Sequence record: NC_019406.1
DNA: 64,000 nt
Strand: one strand, 5' to 3'
Shown here piece after piece: positions 54,801-62,209 of this stretch. A program made the translations under genes and the position numbers. The notes below the pieces were generated by a model that ran no database searches, was not told the DNA's origin, and worked only from the letters and a program-made list of their open reading frames with translations. The stretch's first letter is position 1, and each line of letters begins with the position of its first letter.

Positions 54801-57092
54801 CCGCTGGTTCTGACGTTCAGCGCACCGGAAGGCTCTGCACGCGGCGATGTCCAGGGCAGCGATTTCCTGCCGACCATTTGGACGTCGGCAGTGGATTCGT
54901 TTGTCCAGGTAGAAGGCACGGTAGTCGGCTACACGGGCGACTTCATCATTCTGACGTCGCCGCCGCTGCCGGTCTACGACTCAGCCGCCAATCTGTCGGT
55001 CGCGATGCCGTCGGCGATCGTCATCAACGGCGCTGATGGCGATCCGTCCTTCGATATCACGCTGCCGTTGCCCGGCCCGATCTCGCTGACCAGCCTGGAG
55101 GGTGTGGCTCAGGGCGGCTACGGCGCGCAACTGCCACCTCCGATCCTGATCACGCCTCCGGAACCGGCGATCTTCGGCAACGCATCCGGCTCGCCCGGCA
55201 CTGTCCAGGTCACCCCGCCGGTCTCGTTTGTTGAGACGCCCGCATTCGCTTCGGGCGGCTTGCCGACCGTGACGCTGTCTCCTCCTTTGGGCAATGCCCT
55301 GGGCGGTGTGGCTGCGGGCACCTCTGGTAGTCTGCCGACGATCGCGATCGTCGCGCCCGAAGGTGGGAACGTCGCTGAAGCTGCCGTCAATGCCAACCTG
55401 ACGACCGTCTTCCTGAATGCTCCGGTTCCGCTGCCGCAGGCTAGCGTGGCGATCTCCGGCCCGAGCAACACGATCAACGTCTTGACGCCGGCGGGTTCGG
55501 CGCGCGTCTCTACGTCTACGTCTGGCGATGTTGGCGTTATTACGATCGTCACGCCTGAGGGCATCGGCTACCTCTATGAAGAGGGCTTTGCGTCAGGTTC
55601 GGTGGGCACTGTTACCGTGACGCCGCCGGCGCCAGCCGTTACGGCTGCGGCCAATAAGTCTGCGGCCCTGCCGACTGTCGTGGTCACGCCGCCTGATGCG
55701 TTGCCGATCGTTCCTGGCGAACCTGTCGTGAGCATCGGCACGGTGGTTGTGACCCCGCCCGAGGGCATGGGCTTCCCGGACACTGTCACGGGTACCGGCG
55801 ACATCGGTACGGTCGTTCTGACTTCGCCGGCCGGTACGGGCATGGTGCCCGCCCTGGTCACGGGTCCCATGGCGGCGGCGATTGCCGTCTCGCCGCCGGC
55901 TATCACGCGTGTGAACGTTTCGGGCGACATCGGCTTGATCACGGTCACGCCGCCTTCGCCGGCGCAAGTCTCGGGCGAAGTCAATCTGTCGCGTCCGATC
56001 AATCTGACGATCAGCCTGACGGCGCCAGACGGCCTGGGCTACCCGGTCATTCCCGGCGACGCGTCGGGCGGCCTGGGACCGGCAATCACGATCACCGCCA
56101 GCGACGGTACGGCGCAGGGCGAGTACAACATGATCGTCCCGCTGTCGACGATCCCGGTTAGTGCGCCCGAAGCACTGGCTCAAGGCGATGCACTGGCTGT
56201 GCAGCAGGGCGAATTGCCTGTCGTGATCAGTCCGCCGGCGGGCGAATACTATCGTGAAGCCTCGGTCATCCTGGGGTTGCCTACGATCTACATCTTCGCG
56301 CCTAACGCGACGGTTGATGCCGATGACAAGACTGCGGCGGTGACGCCGGAACTGCCTGTCATCTACATCGAGGGCGTGGACGGGTACGCCGAGGTGCCGG
56401 TCGTGGATGGCACGGCGCGCATTCAGTTCCTCCGCTCGATGACTCCCGGCGCTGTCCCCGCGTCGCTGGAAGCGCGTGAAATCGCGTTCAATGAAATCGA
56501 CGGCATCATGTACTCCCGCGACGGCTCTGGCGTTCTGCGCCCGACGCCGTGGGGTACGCTGCGCCGCGAAAGCATCCCGGCCTCCATCGGGACGGTCGGT
56601 CAAACCTATCGCGCCGATGGATCGTGGGCAGCGCCGCAGCCGGTTTACGACGCCTTTGTTCAGGGTGTGCCGGCTTCGGGTGTTCGCGTCGCGTTGGGCG
56701 AAACCTTCGTGGGCCAATCGACGCGCACGCCGACTTCGGGAACGCCTTACTACAGCCCGTTCTTCGTGCCTCGCACCGTGTCCATTTCCAGTTTGGCAGT
56801 CGACATCCAGTCGGCCGACATGGGCGTCGCTCAGGTCGCGATCTGGACTATGGATACGGACCGAGTCCTGGGTCAAGCCTTGGTCTCGGCAACCGTCCCG
56901 ACCACCGCCTCGGGTGTGCAGTCGGCAGCGTCGACGTCGGTTGTGTTGCAGCCGGGCTGGTATGCTGCCTCCTTGACCTACCTTGGCCTGGGCGCACCTG
57001 TTTTCCGCGTCATGGAAGGCCCCGCCCAGATCGCTACCGATTTCACGACCCAACAGGGAACGCCGGCCTACGTGCTGGCGAACCTCCAATGA
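48840..57092 (+). CDS. Giant fibre/filament protein (2750 aa): five Gly-rich domains, LamG/ConA lectin domain, long Pro/Thr/Val repeat stalk
   Basis: Repeated (M/A)WG.GG.GG starts; DFTLEGWFNP...W.HYAVTR...F.G.IDEVR; repeats such as SGD.GT(I/V)T(L/V)TPP.G. Confidence 0.85.
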   Translation: MANLDLNTPVSVAYSGGVETYVATSAGQVTVHMWGGAGAGGYYSGGSGNTDRRGGAGGYATVRFFVKPGDILSTEVGQGGQVATGSGATVTSGGNGGWPDGGFGGKSSSNTGIGFGGGGGSTRLYKNGELVAVAGGGGGATGFYYGGNGGGVSGWASTDASSGGGGTQTAGGATGTGVTGMAGSYFQGGLGAAVQATAAPTAGAGGGGGYYGGGSNGGASGAHGSGGGGSGYINSNGQYNGALKAGQNNTGIPYDVSGVRGSGIAEGGTGPTAANSWNLITPGGNGQLYMTLADPSATATTFPTSGTTTLSYTGSRLVYVATQLMSVDFEMWGGGGSGGFYTSGGNSGVKGGAGGYTKLTRIFYPGDIVEIEVAQGGQAPTSPGGLNIGGVGGWPNGGDGGRPTTTTNNMGGGGGSSNIFVNGRLLAVAAGGGGSTGFYNGGNGGGRYGLADAATTNSGNGGTWALVGTGLNRAYLLLGGHGSPNETRDVAISTAGAGGGGGYWGGGGARGGANTHGAGGGGCGYHSGDNTYNRDMQIGVAQSGNPYSTAARPAGVGQGGVSGTTAGTTTNGGDGAIVFTVTPITPTTLPTDKTALSFTGAPVHYIADSYGAMSVKAWAAGGGGGTKATGTAPRGGGGGFAQIPTVKIKPGDIITCVVGEGGRGQPSGTLGGRGGYPNGEGGNAADATGGSGGGGGSSHVYLNGELILVAGGGGGGSISFGGASGGQPSYAPSSNSFETHGSSLNLAGWAPQRALEGNNRATFMLGGMGQIDGNLTIDTPNSLCGGGGGGGYYGGAGSVPLNSRFYGGGAGTTYIHPSYVGSAIVATVSGSNTTDADWVSGISVAGQGSNTVGSSTLIGGNGRIVIDFDIPATLNESATTAVPVQSNVQTYMVGSDGDLVLNAWGGGGGGSTVPSGGGGERGGGGGYAAGTVTVKKGQIIKFYNGRGGGGATYTSGTATAMVGSGGLGGWPDGGNGGLNTSCISGGGGGSSRIYIDDVLMFVAGAGGGVGAGSTTTTPGGGGGTTGGNSDAPSGQNNGGLQYIGGRNSNRTTDTTSAGGLFKGGHGYITGGSITVSATTSGAGGGGGLFGGSGSGGSSSYIGGAGGSGFIADGYGVTPADPYRPYVGLQWSFESGSFIDDGRTTEVTLLDTAPTLTTTGPKYGTACANINNGHVTANIPVIGTQDFTLEGWFNPTTLATGVMMIIGNNSINGLSLHYYPSATVLALRYNNTAGDGSADYKYTDTNRAAGVWAHYAVTRDANGTRVYKDGKLVTNVTGVAVTNITATTLTLGNYNAGTGASTRFTGKIDEVRLTVGVSRYKQNFNPQPFQNKFSQIPAVTTLTQGSNGATGQPAGTAVSGYLSGRGVGAQTTQSLASGVNGGDGQINYFLQTSTVAATGSIGTITMSAPDAVAGAFYPLTAPGTKIVENYSGQRVNYQATAAGTTRVLVEMWGAGGGGVSSNNTNGGGGGGYTSYEVDLNQGDIISVQAASGGQGGNSANTVAAINAGGYPDGGAGWAPAFTAFNGGAGGGSRLYVRAVLAAVAGGGGGGAYGSVGYQYFGGPGGGTSGGNSDATGGGTQTAGGGSSGNGLPGSFLQGGAGGTTQRIAGNGPGGGGGYYGGGAGGANTGGGGGSGYVNTAIAGFRAGSTQAGSGFQAAGQSSPNYVAGIGRGTTGQGPQIGGNGLIVITNITPTPAATSGDLGPDITTTPITSFGLQIGLPVSKPNATVTIEPPVGYYGFPGFPTMQPFDHAINLLPVESNPTSNALVIVPINDSQSIHLSPPLNAPLVVPAEGTGELPTVTVTAPDGSVPNSATGDLGTAITLTPVEATTDVVPPVETSGDVGTITIEPLLGDGSINYNGYAGGNVGTVTLTPPNGSADPGSPHVIEDMPPAIVVSPPAASLTIPATTSGGLGPAVVLTPAEAFTGIEGNPLAVLPEIQVVGPLVSVNTSTGDDVQVFADPGQIFVRPPLGDGLEITEANYVDGLSSPLVLTFSAPEGSARGDVQGSDFLPTIWTSAVDSFVQVEGTVVGYTGDFIILTSPPLPVYDSAANLSVAMPSAIVINGADGDPSFDITLPLPGPISLTSLEGVAQGGYGAQLPPPILITPPEPAIFGNASGSPGTVQVTPPVSFVETPAFASGGLPTVTLSPPLGNALGGVAAGTSGSLPTIAIVAPEGGNVAEAAVNANLTTVFLNAPVPLPQASVAISGPSNTINVLTPAGSARVSTSTSGDVGVITIVTPEGIGYLYEEGFASGSVGTVTVTPPAPAVTAAANKSAALPTVVVTPPDALPIVPGEPVVSIGTVVVTPPEGMGFPDTVTGTGDIGTVVLTSPAGTGMVPALVTGPMAAAIAVSPPAITRVNVSGDIGLITVTPPSPAQVSGEVNLSRPINLTISLTAPDGLGYPVIPGDASGGLGPAITITASDGTAQGEYNMIVPLSTIPVSAPEALAQGDALAVQQGELPVVISPPAGEYYREASVILGLPTIYIFAPNATVDADDKTAAVTPELPVIYIEGVDGYAEVPVVDGTARIQFLRSMTPGAVPASLEAREIAFNEIDGIMYSRDGSGVLRPTPWGTLRRESIPASIGTVGQTYRADGSWAAPQPVYDAFVQGVPASGVRVALGETFVGQSTRTPTSGTPYYSPFFVPRTVSISSLAVDIQSADMGVAQVAIWTMDTDRVLGQALVSATVPTTASGVQSAASTSVVLQPGWYAASLTYLGLGAPVFRVMEGPAQIATDFTTQQGTPAYVLANLQ

Positions 57093-57766
57093 CCGACGTA
57101 ACCACGCCCAACACCATCTTCGCCAAGGCTCTGAAGATTAACGGAGGCGCAGGCGCGCCGACGTCCCTGGAGGATGGCGAACTCTACATCGACGAGGTGG
57201 CGCGCAAGCTCTATGTCAAGACCGCTTCCGGCTTGAATGCAACGCCGCTGGACGTGATGGGCTATCCCTCTACGATCGGGGTCGACGCTGAGTACGTGTT
57301 GGTCAAGTCCGATACGGGTTCGGAATGGCGCGAACTGAGCGCCGGCGGCGGCGGTTTCGAGCCGGACGCCGAGCCTTGGCATATCCCAGGGCTTGCTCCC
57401 GCTTCGATGGGTAGCCTGACGTTTCCGGCCGCGTCGGGCCAGACGAGCCTCATGCGCTTGGGTAAGGCAGGCTTGTTGGTCGGCACGCGCGTACGAGCGA
57501 CGTTCGGGACTGGTTCGCTCACTATGACGATTTATGAGTACGATGGATCGTTGGGCGCCCAGGTCTACACGCACACCTACGCGATCGCCGGGGCCGGCGT
57601 CTACACGTTCGCGCCCAACTTCCCCTTCGATGCCGGCGAATACGCCATCGTCTTCACCTGCCTGTCCTCGATCATTGTGGAGGTGGTCCAAGGCTATACG
57701 GTCTGGAGCGACGCTCTTCAGGCCCATCCTGTTTCGCTTCAGGTGAACTATGTCAATTCAGAATAA
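57089..57766 (+). CDS. Fibre-associated protein (225 aa)
   Basis: ATGA overlap; PTSLEDGELYIDE..RKLY motif shared with the giant protein C-terminus. Confidence 0.75.
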   Translation: MTDVTTPNTIFAKALKINGGAGAPTSLEDGELYIDEVARKLYVKTASGLNATPLDVMGYPSTIGVDAEYVLVKSDTGSEWRELSAGGGGFEPDAEPWHIPGLAPASMGSLTFPAASGQTSLMRLGKAGLLVGTRVRATFGTGSLTMTIYEYDGSLGAQVYTHTYAIAGAGVYTFAPNFPFDAGEYAIVFTCLSSIIVEVVQGYTVWSDALQAHPVSLQVNYVNSE

Positions 57767-58517
57767 GCACTCGGACACCGAGAACTCGCTGCCGAACCTT
57801 GTGCTGGGGCAGATCGCCGTCAACACCCATGACGAGGTGCTGTGGGTGCGTTCTGGTGGTCGACGTACGCCAATCCACTTGCCTTCGGTCCAACGAGCCA
57901 TGCCTTATGATGGGCAATCTGGCGCCCCACTCGTTTCGACGGGCAGCGGCTCGCAATGGGACCCACAACTGGCCCCTGTCGCGGTTGTGGATGATGCGAT
58001 CAAGGTTGACCTGCCGCCGGCGGCCGGCTTCATGGGCGTGCCCGGTGTCCAGATCAGTGGCCTTGGACCGGACCGAACCTTGCCCGTAAATTCCGTGCAG
58101 ATCGAGCCGTTTCAGGTTCGATCGGATCAGATCACGGTGACGTCCATGGCTTTCGCCGTGCGTACGGCCGGCGCAGGCGCGGTTCGTATGGGGATTTTCG
58201 ACGCGGACGACAATCGTCTCTTGAATCAGCTTTTCAGCACGCCCGCTCAAGGCGTTAACTCATTCAACTTCAACTTGGTCCTGCCCCGAGGGCACTATCG
58301 TGCTCAACTGTGGAATGCCACCGCCACGGACTTTGCGGTGGCAACCGGCATCCAGACGGATCAAGGCTGGCGGGTGGTTGGTTCGGATTTGCAGTTCGTG
58401 CGCAGCAGCGAAGGCTCCGTCAACCAGAGTAGCGGCTTGGTGCCGATCGCCGGCACGCCGCGTTTGTCCCTGGTGCCCGGCGTCGACAAGACGATGCTGA
58501 TGCGCTGGCATCTCTAA
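57750..58517 (+). CDS. Fibre-associated protein (255 aa)
   Basis: PNLVLGQIAVNT.DE.LW motif; PF.V...I.V..MA domain shared with the giant protein C-terminus. Confidence 0.8.
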   Translation: MSIQNKHSDTENSLPNLVLGQIAVNTHDEVLWVRSGGRRTPIHLPSVQRAMPYDGQSGAPLVSTGSGSQWDPQLAPVAVVDDAIKVDLPPAAGFMGVPGVQISGLGPDRTLPVNSVQIEPFQVRSDQITVTSMAFAVRTAGAGAVRMGIFDADDNRLLNQLFSTPAQGVNSFNFNLVLPRGHYRAQLWNATATDFAVATGIQTDQGWRVVGSDLQFVRSSEGSVNQSSGLVPIAGTPRLSLVPGVDKTMLMRWHL

Positions 58518-58520
58518 ACG

Positions 58521-58562
58521 AAAAACGCCGCCCCATGCGTGATCCTAGGGCGGCGTTTCTTC
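58521..58562 (+). terminator. Intrinsic terminator ending the fibre module
   Basis: AAACGCCGCCC...GGGCGGCGTTTCTT. Confidence 0.75.
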
Positions 58563-58756
58563 CGATTTGGGCTCCCTGTACGGCCGAGAACCTCGCCTGA
58601 GTTAATCACACCGTTGGCGCGTCCTTTCCTTCGTCTGTTGCGTTGATGTCGCCGATTGGTCGACGATCAAGACGTAGCCAGTGGGGCGCCGTCTGTCAAC
58701 TCTTGGCGCGCCGGTTTTCTTGACACTGTAGGTTGCTTCGGCTACCCTTCACGATC

Positions 58757-59038
58757 ATGTCTACTGAACGAGTCTATTCGCCGGATAACGAGCCGTTCGA
58801 CGTCACGCCGAACCGCGCCGCGTACCTGCGTCTGGAACGTGGTTGGACCAAGACTCCCTTCGAGCGCGTCGCTGTGCCTGAAGTGACCCCCGCGCCGGTG
58901 TTCGACGCGGATGCGGAAATCGAAATCGAACCCATCGCCGCGCCGGCTCCCGCGCGCGGGCGAGGTCGTCGGCGCCGGGCTGTAGAAGCCGTGCCGGCAG
59001 ACGTGATCGCTGATCACGACGAAAGCTGGCGTAGCTAG
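58757..59038 (+). CDS. Small protein with basic RGRGRRRR tail (93 aa)
   Basis: After promoter CGCCGG-N5-TTGACA at 58709; related to 41961-42467. Confidence 0.65.
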   Translation: MSTERVYSPDNEPFDVTPNRAAYLRLERGWTKTPFERVAVPEVTPAPVFDADAEIEIEPIAAPAPARGRGRRRRAVEAVPADVIADHDESWRS

Positions 59039-59191
59039 TTCTACCGCGCTCGGCGCGCACCCTCACATCAAACCTGATCGTGTCGACGGTACCCTTGTGT
59101 CGTCTTTGGCTCAAGTATTCGTACTTCTGAGAGCGGAACTTTATTGCTTGTCGCACAGTAATAAGCCCTTGAAAATAAATAGAAAAAGATA

Positions 59192-59220
59192 TTGACCGCA
59201 CACTTCGCAGTGTGTATAAG
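59192..59220 (+). promoter_or_regulatory. Strong sigma70 promoter for the tRNA array, with AT-rich UP element
   Basis: TTGACC-N17-TATAAG preceded by AAAATAAATAGAAAAAGATA. Confidence 0.85.
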
Positions 59221-59239
59221 GTCTTCATCGAAAGTGAAT

Positions 59240-59325
59240 ACGGGAATTCCAGAGCGGTCAAATGGGCTGGTCTCCAAAACCAGCGGCGCAAGCCTTCGGG
59301 GGTTCGAATCCCTCTTCCCGTGCCA
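59240..59325 (+). tRNA. trnW: tRNA-Trp(CCA) with a long variable arm
   Basis: ACGGGAA/TTCCCGT-G-CCA; CTGGT-CTCCAAA-ACCAG; extra arm GGC-GCAA-GCC. Confidence 0.85.
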
Positions 59326-59335
59326 CCTCTAATAC

Positions 59336-59412
59336 GCGTCTATAGTATATTGGTCTGATTACCCTTCGTTGCCAACGAAGAGAGGCGGGTTCGATTCCCG
59401 CTAGACGCTCCA
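59336..59412 (+). tRNA. trnG: tRNA-Gly(GCC)
   Basis: GCGTCTA/TAGACGC-T-CCA; CTTCG-TTGCCAA-CGAAG. Confidence 0.95.
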
Positions 59413-59416
59413 ATTC

Positions 59417-59490
59417 GCGTCCGTAGCTCAATGGTAGAGCAATGGGCTTCCACCCCGTGGTCGTGGGTTCGATCCCCACCGGACGCTCCA
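59417..59490 (+). tRNA. trnG: tRNA-Gly(TCC)
   Basis: GCGTCCG/CGGACGC-T-CCA; loop CTTCCAC. Confidence 0.95.
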
Positions 59491-60054
59491 GCTTTTCTTG
59501 CAAGCTGCCAGAAATCCTGTCACCATTCTTTCGTGAACCGGGAAGCCCCTCTGTTCCTCTCTCCGCCCTGGCCGTGCGGATGACGTACATGCGCTCCCGC
59601 CTCTGCTCCCCGCGCCTGTCTTCGGACGGGAAGGCCATATGCCCACAAGGGCGCGCAGGAGTCGTGCGAAGAGGGCGTTGGCGCCGGGCCAGCAGGAGAA
59701 GGCGTTAGGAGCGTCACCCGGCATTTACATCGTTATGGAGCTAGGCATGCACCCCTATTCGCCTCCCACCGATATCGGCCGCACGATCGCCGGCCACGAA
59801 GTCCATCACCTCACCGCTGACTGCCCTCGCAATCACTCGCGCCGCGCCGCCAAGAGGCTACGCCACGCGGCCCGTCAGTACGATCGCCAACTTATTTGTC
59901 AGGAGGTAGCCAATTTTCTTGACGCCTCCCTCGCGGCCTGATACAAGCGCATCATTATGACGTACCTGATGTCCCTTTACGAACGAGAGGCCCGCCTGGG
60001 CCGAGATACGACCGCCGCTTAATTGCGGCTTTCGTGTCGATGGCCCTTGCTTAT

Positions 60055-60133
60055 GGGGCCTTCGTCTAAACTGGACTAAGGATAGCCGGCTTTCACCCGG
60101 CAGATGCGGGTTCGAACCCCGTAGGCCCTTCCA
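60055..60133 (+). tRNA. trnE: tRNA-Glu(TTC)
   Basis: GCCGG-CTTTCAC-CCGGC; TTCGAAC T-loop; CCA. Confidence 0.9.
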
Positions 60134-60148
60134 AGCCATCCTCACTCA

Positions 60149-60223
60149 GGTGCGTTCGTATATCGGTTAATACACCGGACTGTCGATCCGGGAAGACGGG
60201 TTCGACTCCCGTACGCACCGCCA
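60149..60223 (+). tRNA. trnD: tRNA-Asp(GTC)
   Basis: GGTGCGT/ACGCACC-G-CCA; CCGGA-CTGTCGA-TCCGG. Confidence 0.95.
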
Positions 60224-60236
60224 AGGTTTCGCTGAA

Positions 60237-60383
60237 ATGCCCCTGCAACAAGGCTCCAGCCAAGCAGTCGTTTCGCATAACATCGCCAAGCTGATCGCCG
60301 AGGGTCACTCTCACGATCAGGCTGTCGCCATCGCGCTCGCTCAGGCAAAGCGCAAGAAGTCGCGTAAGACGCGGCGCAAGTAG
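60237..60383 (+). CDS. Small basic conserved phage protein (48 aa)
   Basis: MPLQQGSSQAVVSHNIAKLIAEGHSHDQAVAIAL matches the widespread MPLKKGKS..ISENI...QAVAIAL family. Confidence 0.75.
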   Translation: MPLQQGSSQAVVSHNIAKLIAEGHSHDQAVAIALAQAKRKKSRKTRRK

Positions 60384-60501
60384 GATCAAGATGCCCGCCG
60401 GCTAACCTCTCTCCTGATGAACGATTTCCAGGAAGGAGGACCCCAAATGGTCTCTCTGTCAGAGCCTGCCTGCTTCTCTGGATCGTCCAGGAGGAGCCAG
60501 C

Positions 60502-60699
60502 ATGGCCCACAATATCCAGCGCGCGAAGCGCATGCTGTCGCTGTCGAACGCGGCACTTCTTCAGGTCATCGCGGGCAAGACGCTCGCGTCGGCCTCCGCC
60601 CGCTTTGAATTGAAGCGTCGCGGCTACGAAGCCGTCCTCACCAAGAAGGGAGGATGGCACTTGGCCCCCATCACTCCCCACAACGAGCCGGCGCTTTAG
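60502..60699 (+). CDS. Hypothetical protein (65 aa)
   Basis: AGGAGGAG SD; hairpin after the stop. Confidence 0.7.
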   Translation: MAHNIQRAKRMLSLSNAALLQVIAGKTLASASARFELKRRGYEAVLTKKGGWHLAPITPHNEPAL

Positions 60700-60714
60700 C
60701 GCCGGCTCTTGAGA

Positions 60715-61165
60715 TCACGCCGCCCCGATGGCGTGACCCCGAGCACGCGCCCGATCGCGTGCGGATCGCGCCTGGAAGCCCCCGCCCAGGCGCAAGCGCG
60801 GTGCCCGTCCACCGCGTCCCCGTTTTGGAGTGGTCAAGCTCCAAACGATTGCGTCCCTTCTTGACTATGTTCGGCGGCCGACATAACGTCGTTCGTAATG
60901 CGGCTGCGCTTCGGCGCGGGCTAAAGGCAGTTCTGGGGGAAGACGGCCCTCGACGTCTTCGGGCGTCTTGCTAGTCGTCTGGACAAACGGGCTGGTGAGG
61001 GGGCGACCGCACTCGACCTCTCCGGTGAGTGACCACCCACAAGTCGCAGGTTCAATTTTCTACTTGCACCGTTCGCGCGGCGTAGCTAGAAGATCGACGT
61101 GGGCCGCCGGGGAGCGGCCTGTCGTGGTTTCGGCCACACAAAGCCCCACCCGGCTCTCCCTACGA
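60715..61165 (+). ncRNA. Candidate large multi-hairpin RNA within the tRNA array
   Basis: At least nine hairpins; the first four have CCC-containing loops; no SD-supported ORF. Confidence 0.45.
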
Positions 61166-61498
61166 ATTTTTCTTTGACAGTATTCTTGACACCCGTCTCG
61201 AACTGTGAGAGAAGCAAATCCTCAACGGGCCACAGCGCCCACGTTTTCGCCTTGGATCAGAAGATGACCTTCTCGACGCATAAGCCGAGCACTTTGAAGC
61301 CCGCCACCGGCGCGGCCTCGCTCGCCCATGCGTCCCTTCTGACGCCGGCGACGAGCAAGCCGTCGCTATCACGGTCGCTCTAGGACTCCAGTAGTCCTCT
61401 TCAGAAGCGGCCGGATCACCGCCGCTTCTGCTCTCCACGCTTACACCCCAAAGCACAGCAGACGCGGCCCCTCCAACTCGGGGTTCGTTAACCATCAT

Positions 61499-61576
61499 CT
61501 GCGTGTAGCTCAGTCTGGTTAGAGCGCTCGGTCCGGAGCCGAGGGGTCGTAGGTTCAAATCCTGCTACGCAGACCA
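61499..61576 (+). tRNA. trnP: tRNA-Pro(CGG)
   Basis: CTGCGTG/TACGCAG-A-CCA; CTCGG-TCCGGAG-CCGAG. Confidence 0.9.
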
Positions 61577-61583
61577 AATCAGT

Positions 61584-61658
61584 CAGAGTCTGGCCGAGCG
61601 GCTAGGCACCGGTTTTGGGAACCGGACGAGGCGGGTTCAACTCCTGCGGCTCTGACCA
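61584..61658 (+). tRNA. trnP: tRNA-Pro(TGG)
   Basis: CCGGT-TTTGGGA-ACCGG; CCA. Confidence 0.9.
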
Positions 61659-61659
61659 T

Positions 61660-61736
61660 CAGTGTGTGGCGCAGTTTGGTAGCGCGCTTGCTCGGGATGC
61701 AAGAGGTCGCAGGTTCAAATCCTGCTACACTGACCA
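61660..61736 (+). tRNA. trnP: tRNA-Pro(GGG)
   Basis: CTTGC-TCGGGAT-GCAAG; CCA. Confidence 0.9.
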
Positions 61737-61742
61737 GTTTAA

Positions 61743-61815
61743 GCTGTCGCGTGTGGATTCACGCCGGCCCCTTGGTATGGGGCAGTAGAAGGTTCAATTC
61801 CTTCCGGCAGCACCA
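61743..61815 (+). tRNA. trnT: tRNA-Thr(GGT), atypical D-arm junction
   Basis: GCCCC-TTGGTAT-GGGGC; D stem directly abuts the acceptor stem. Confidence 0.8.
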
Positions 61816-61820
61816 AGTTC

Positions 61821-61890
61821 GCCGATGCTTCAGGGAAGAAGTGTCTTTCGTAGTGACGCCAGGAGGGTTCGAGTCCTTCCATCGGCACCA
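61821..61890 (+). tRNA. tRNA-Thr(CGT)-like, 70 nt, 3-nt D loop
   Basis: GCCGATG/CATCGGC-A-CCA; TGTCT-TTCGTAG-TGACG (U31.U39 mismatch). Confidence 0.6.
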
Positions 61891-61931
61891 GTTTTAATTC
61901 TTGATCCGAGGAGATCAAATGTAGACAAAAT

Positions 61932-62012
61932 GGATCGTGAGCTTAATTCCGGGTGGCCGGGACCGTCCTCTTAAGTCGAGAGCAAGTGGTTCGACTCCAC
62001 CACGATCCTCCA
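61932..62012 (+). tRNA. tRNA-Lys(CTT)-like with expanded D region and weak anticodon stem
   Basis: GGATCGT/ACGATCC-T-CCA; loop CTCTTAA; canonical T loop. Confidence 0.5.
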
Positions 62013-62018
62013 AAACAT

Positions 62019-62108
62019 GGGTGAGTTCTCCGAGCGGTCGAAGGGGAGTGACTCTTAATCACTTGGACGAAAGTCCCACCGTGGGTTCGAATCCCACCTC
62101 ACCCTCCA
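62019..62108 (+). tRNA. trnK: tRNA-Lys(CTT) with a long variable arm, U73
   Basis: GGGTGAG/CTCACCC-T-CCA; AGTGA-CTCTTAA-TCACT; extra arm GGAC-GAAA-GTCC. Confidence 0.85.
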
Positions 62109-62114
62109 ATTTAT

Positions 62115-62202
62115 CCCGGTGTGACGAAGTTTGGTAGACGTGCGAGTTTCAGATACTCGTGTCCGAGAGGGCGGGGAGGTTCGAATCCTCTCACCGGGAC
62201 CA
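62115..62202 (+). tRNA. trnL: tRNA-Leu(CAG)
   Basis: CGAGT-TTCAGAT-ACTCG; long V arm; CCA. Confidence 0.9.
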
Positions 62203-62209
62203 AATTAAT

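Noticed and set aside
2185-57089. Long antisense or alternate-frame ORFs (e.g. 7320-8210, 9508-10749, 23627-24925, 45296-47821, 52128-54491, 55593-57089)
   Set aside because: Typical stop-poor shadows of high-GC coding strands: Arg/Gly-rich, no SD, no motifs.
60860-61110. Two-piece tmRNA (GATCGAC at ~61092; frame reading ...HNVVRNAAA...)
   Set aside because: No stop codon after the Ala run, and no Ala-type acceptor stem with G3.U70 and CCA.
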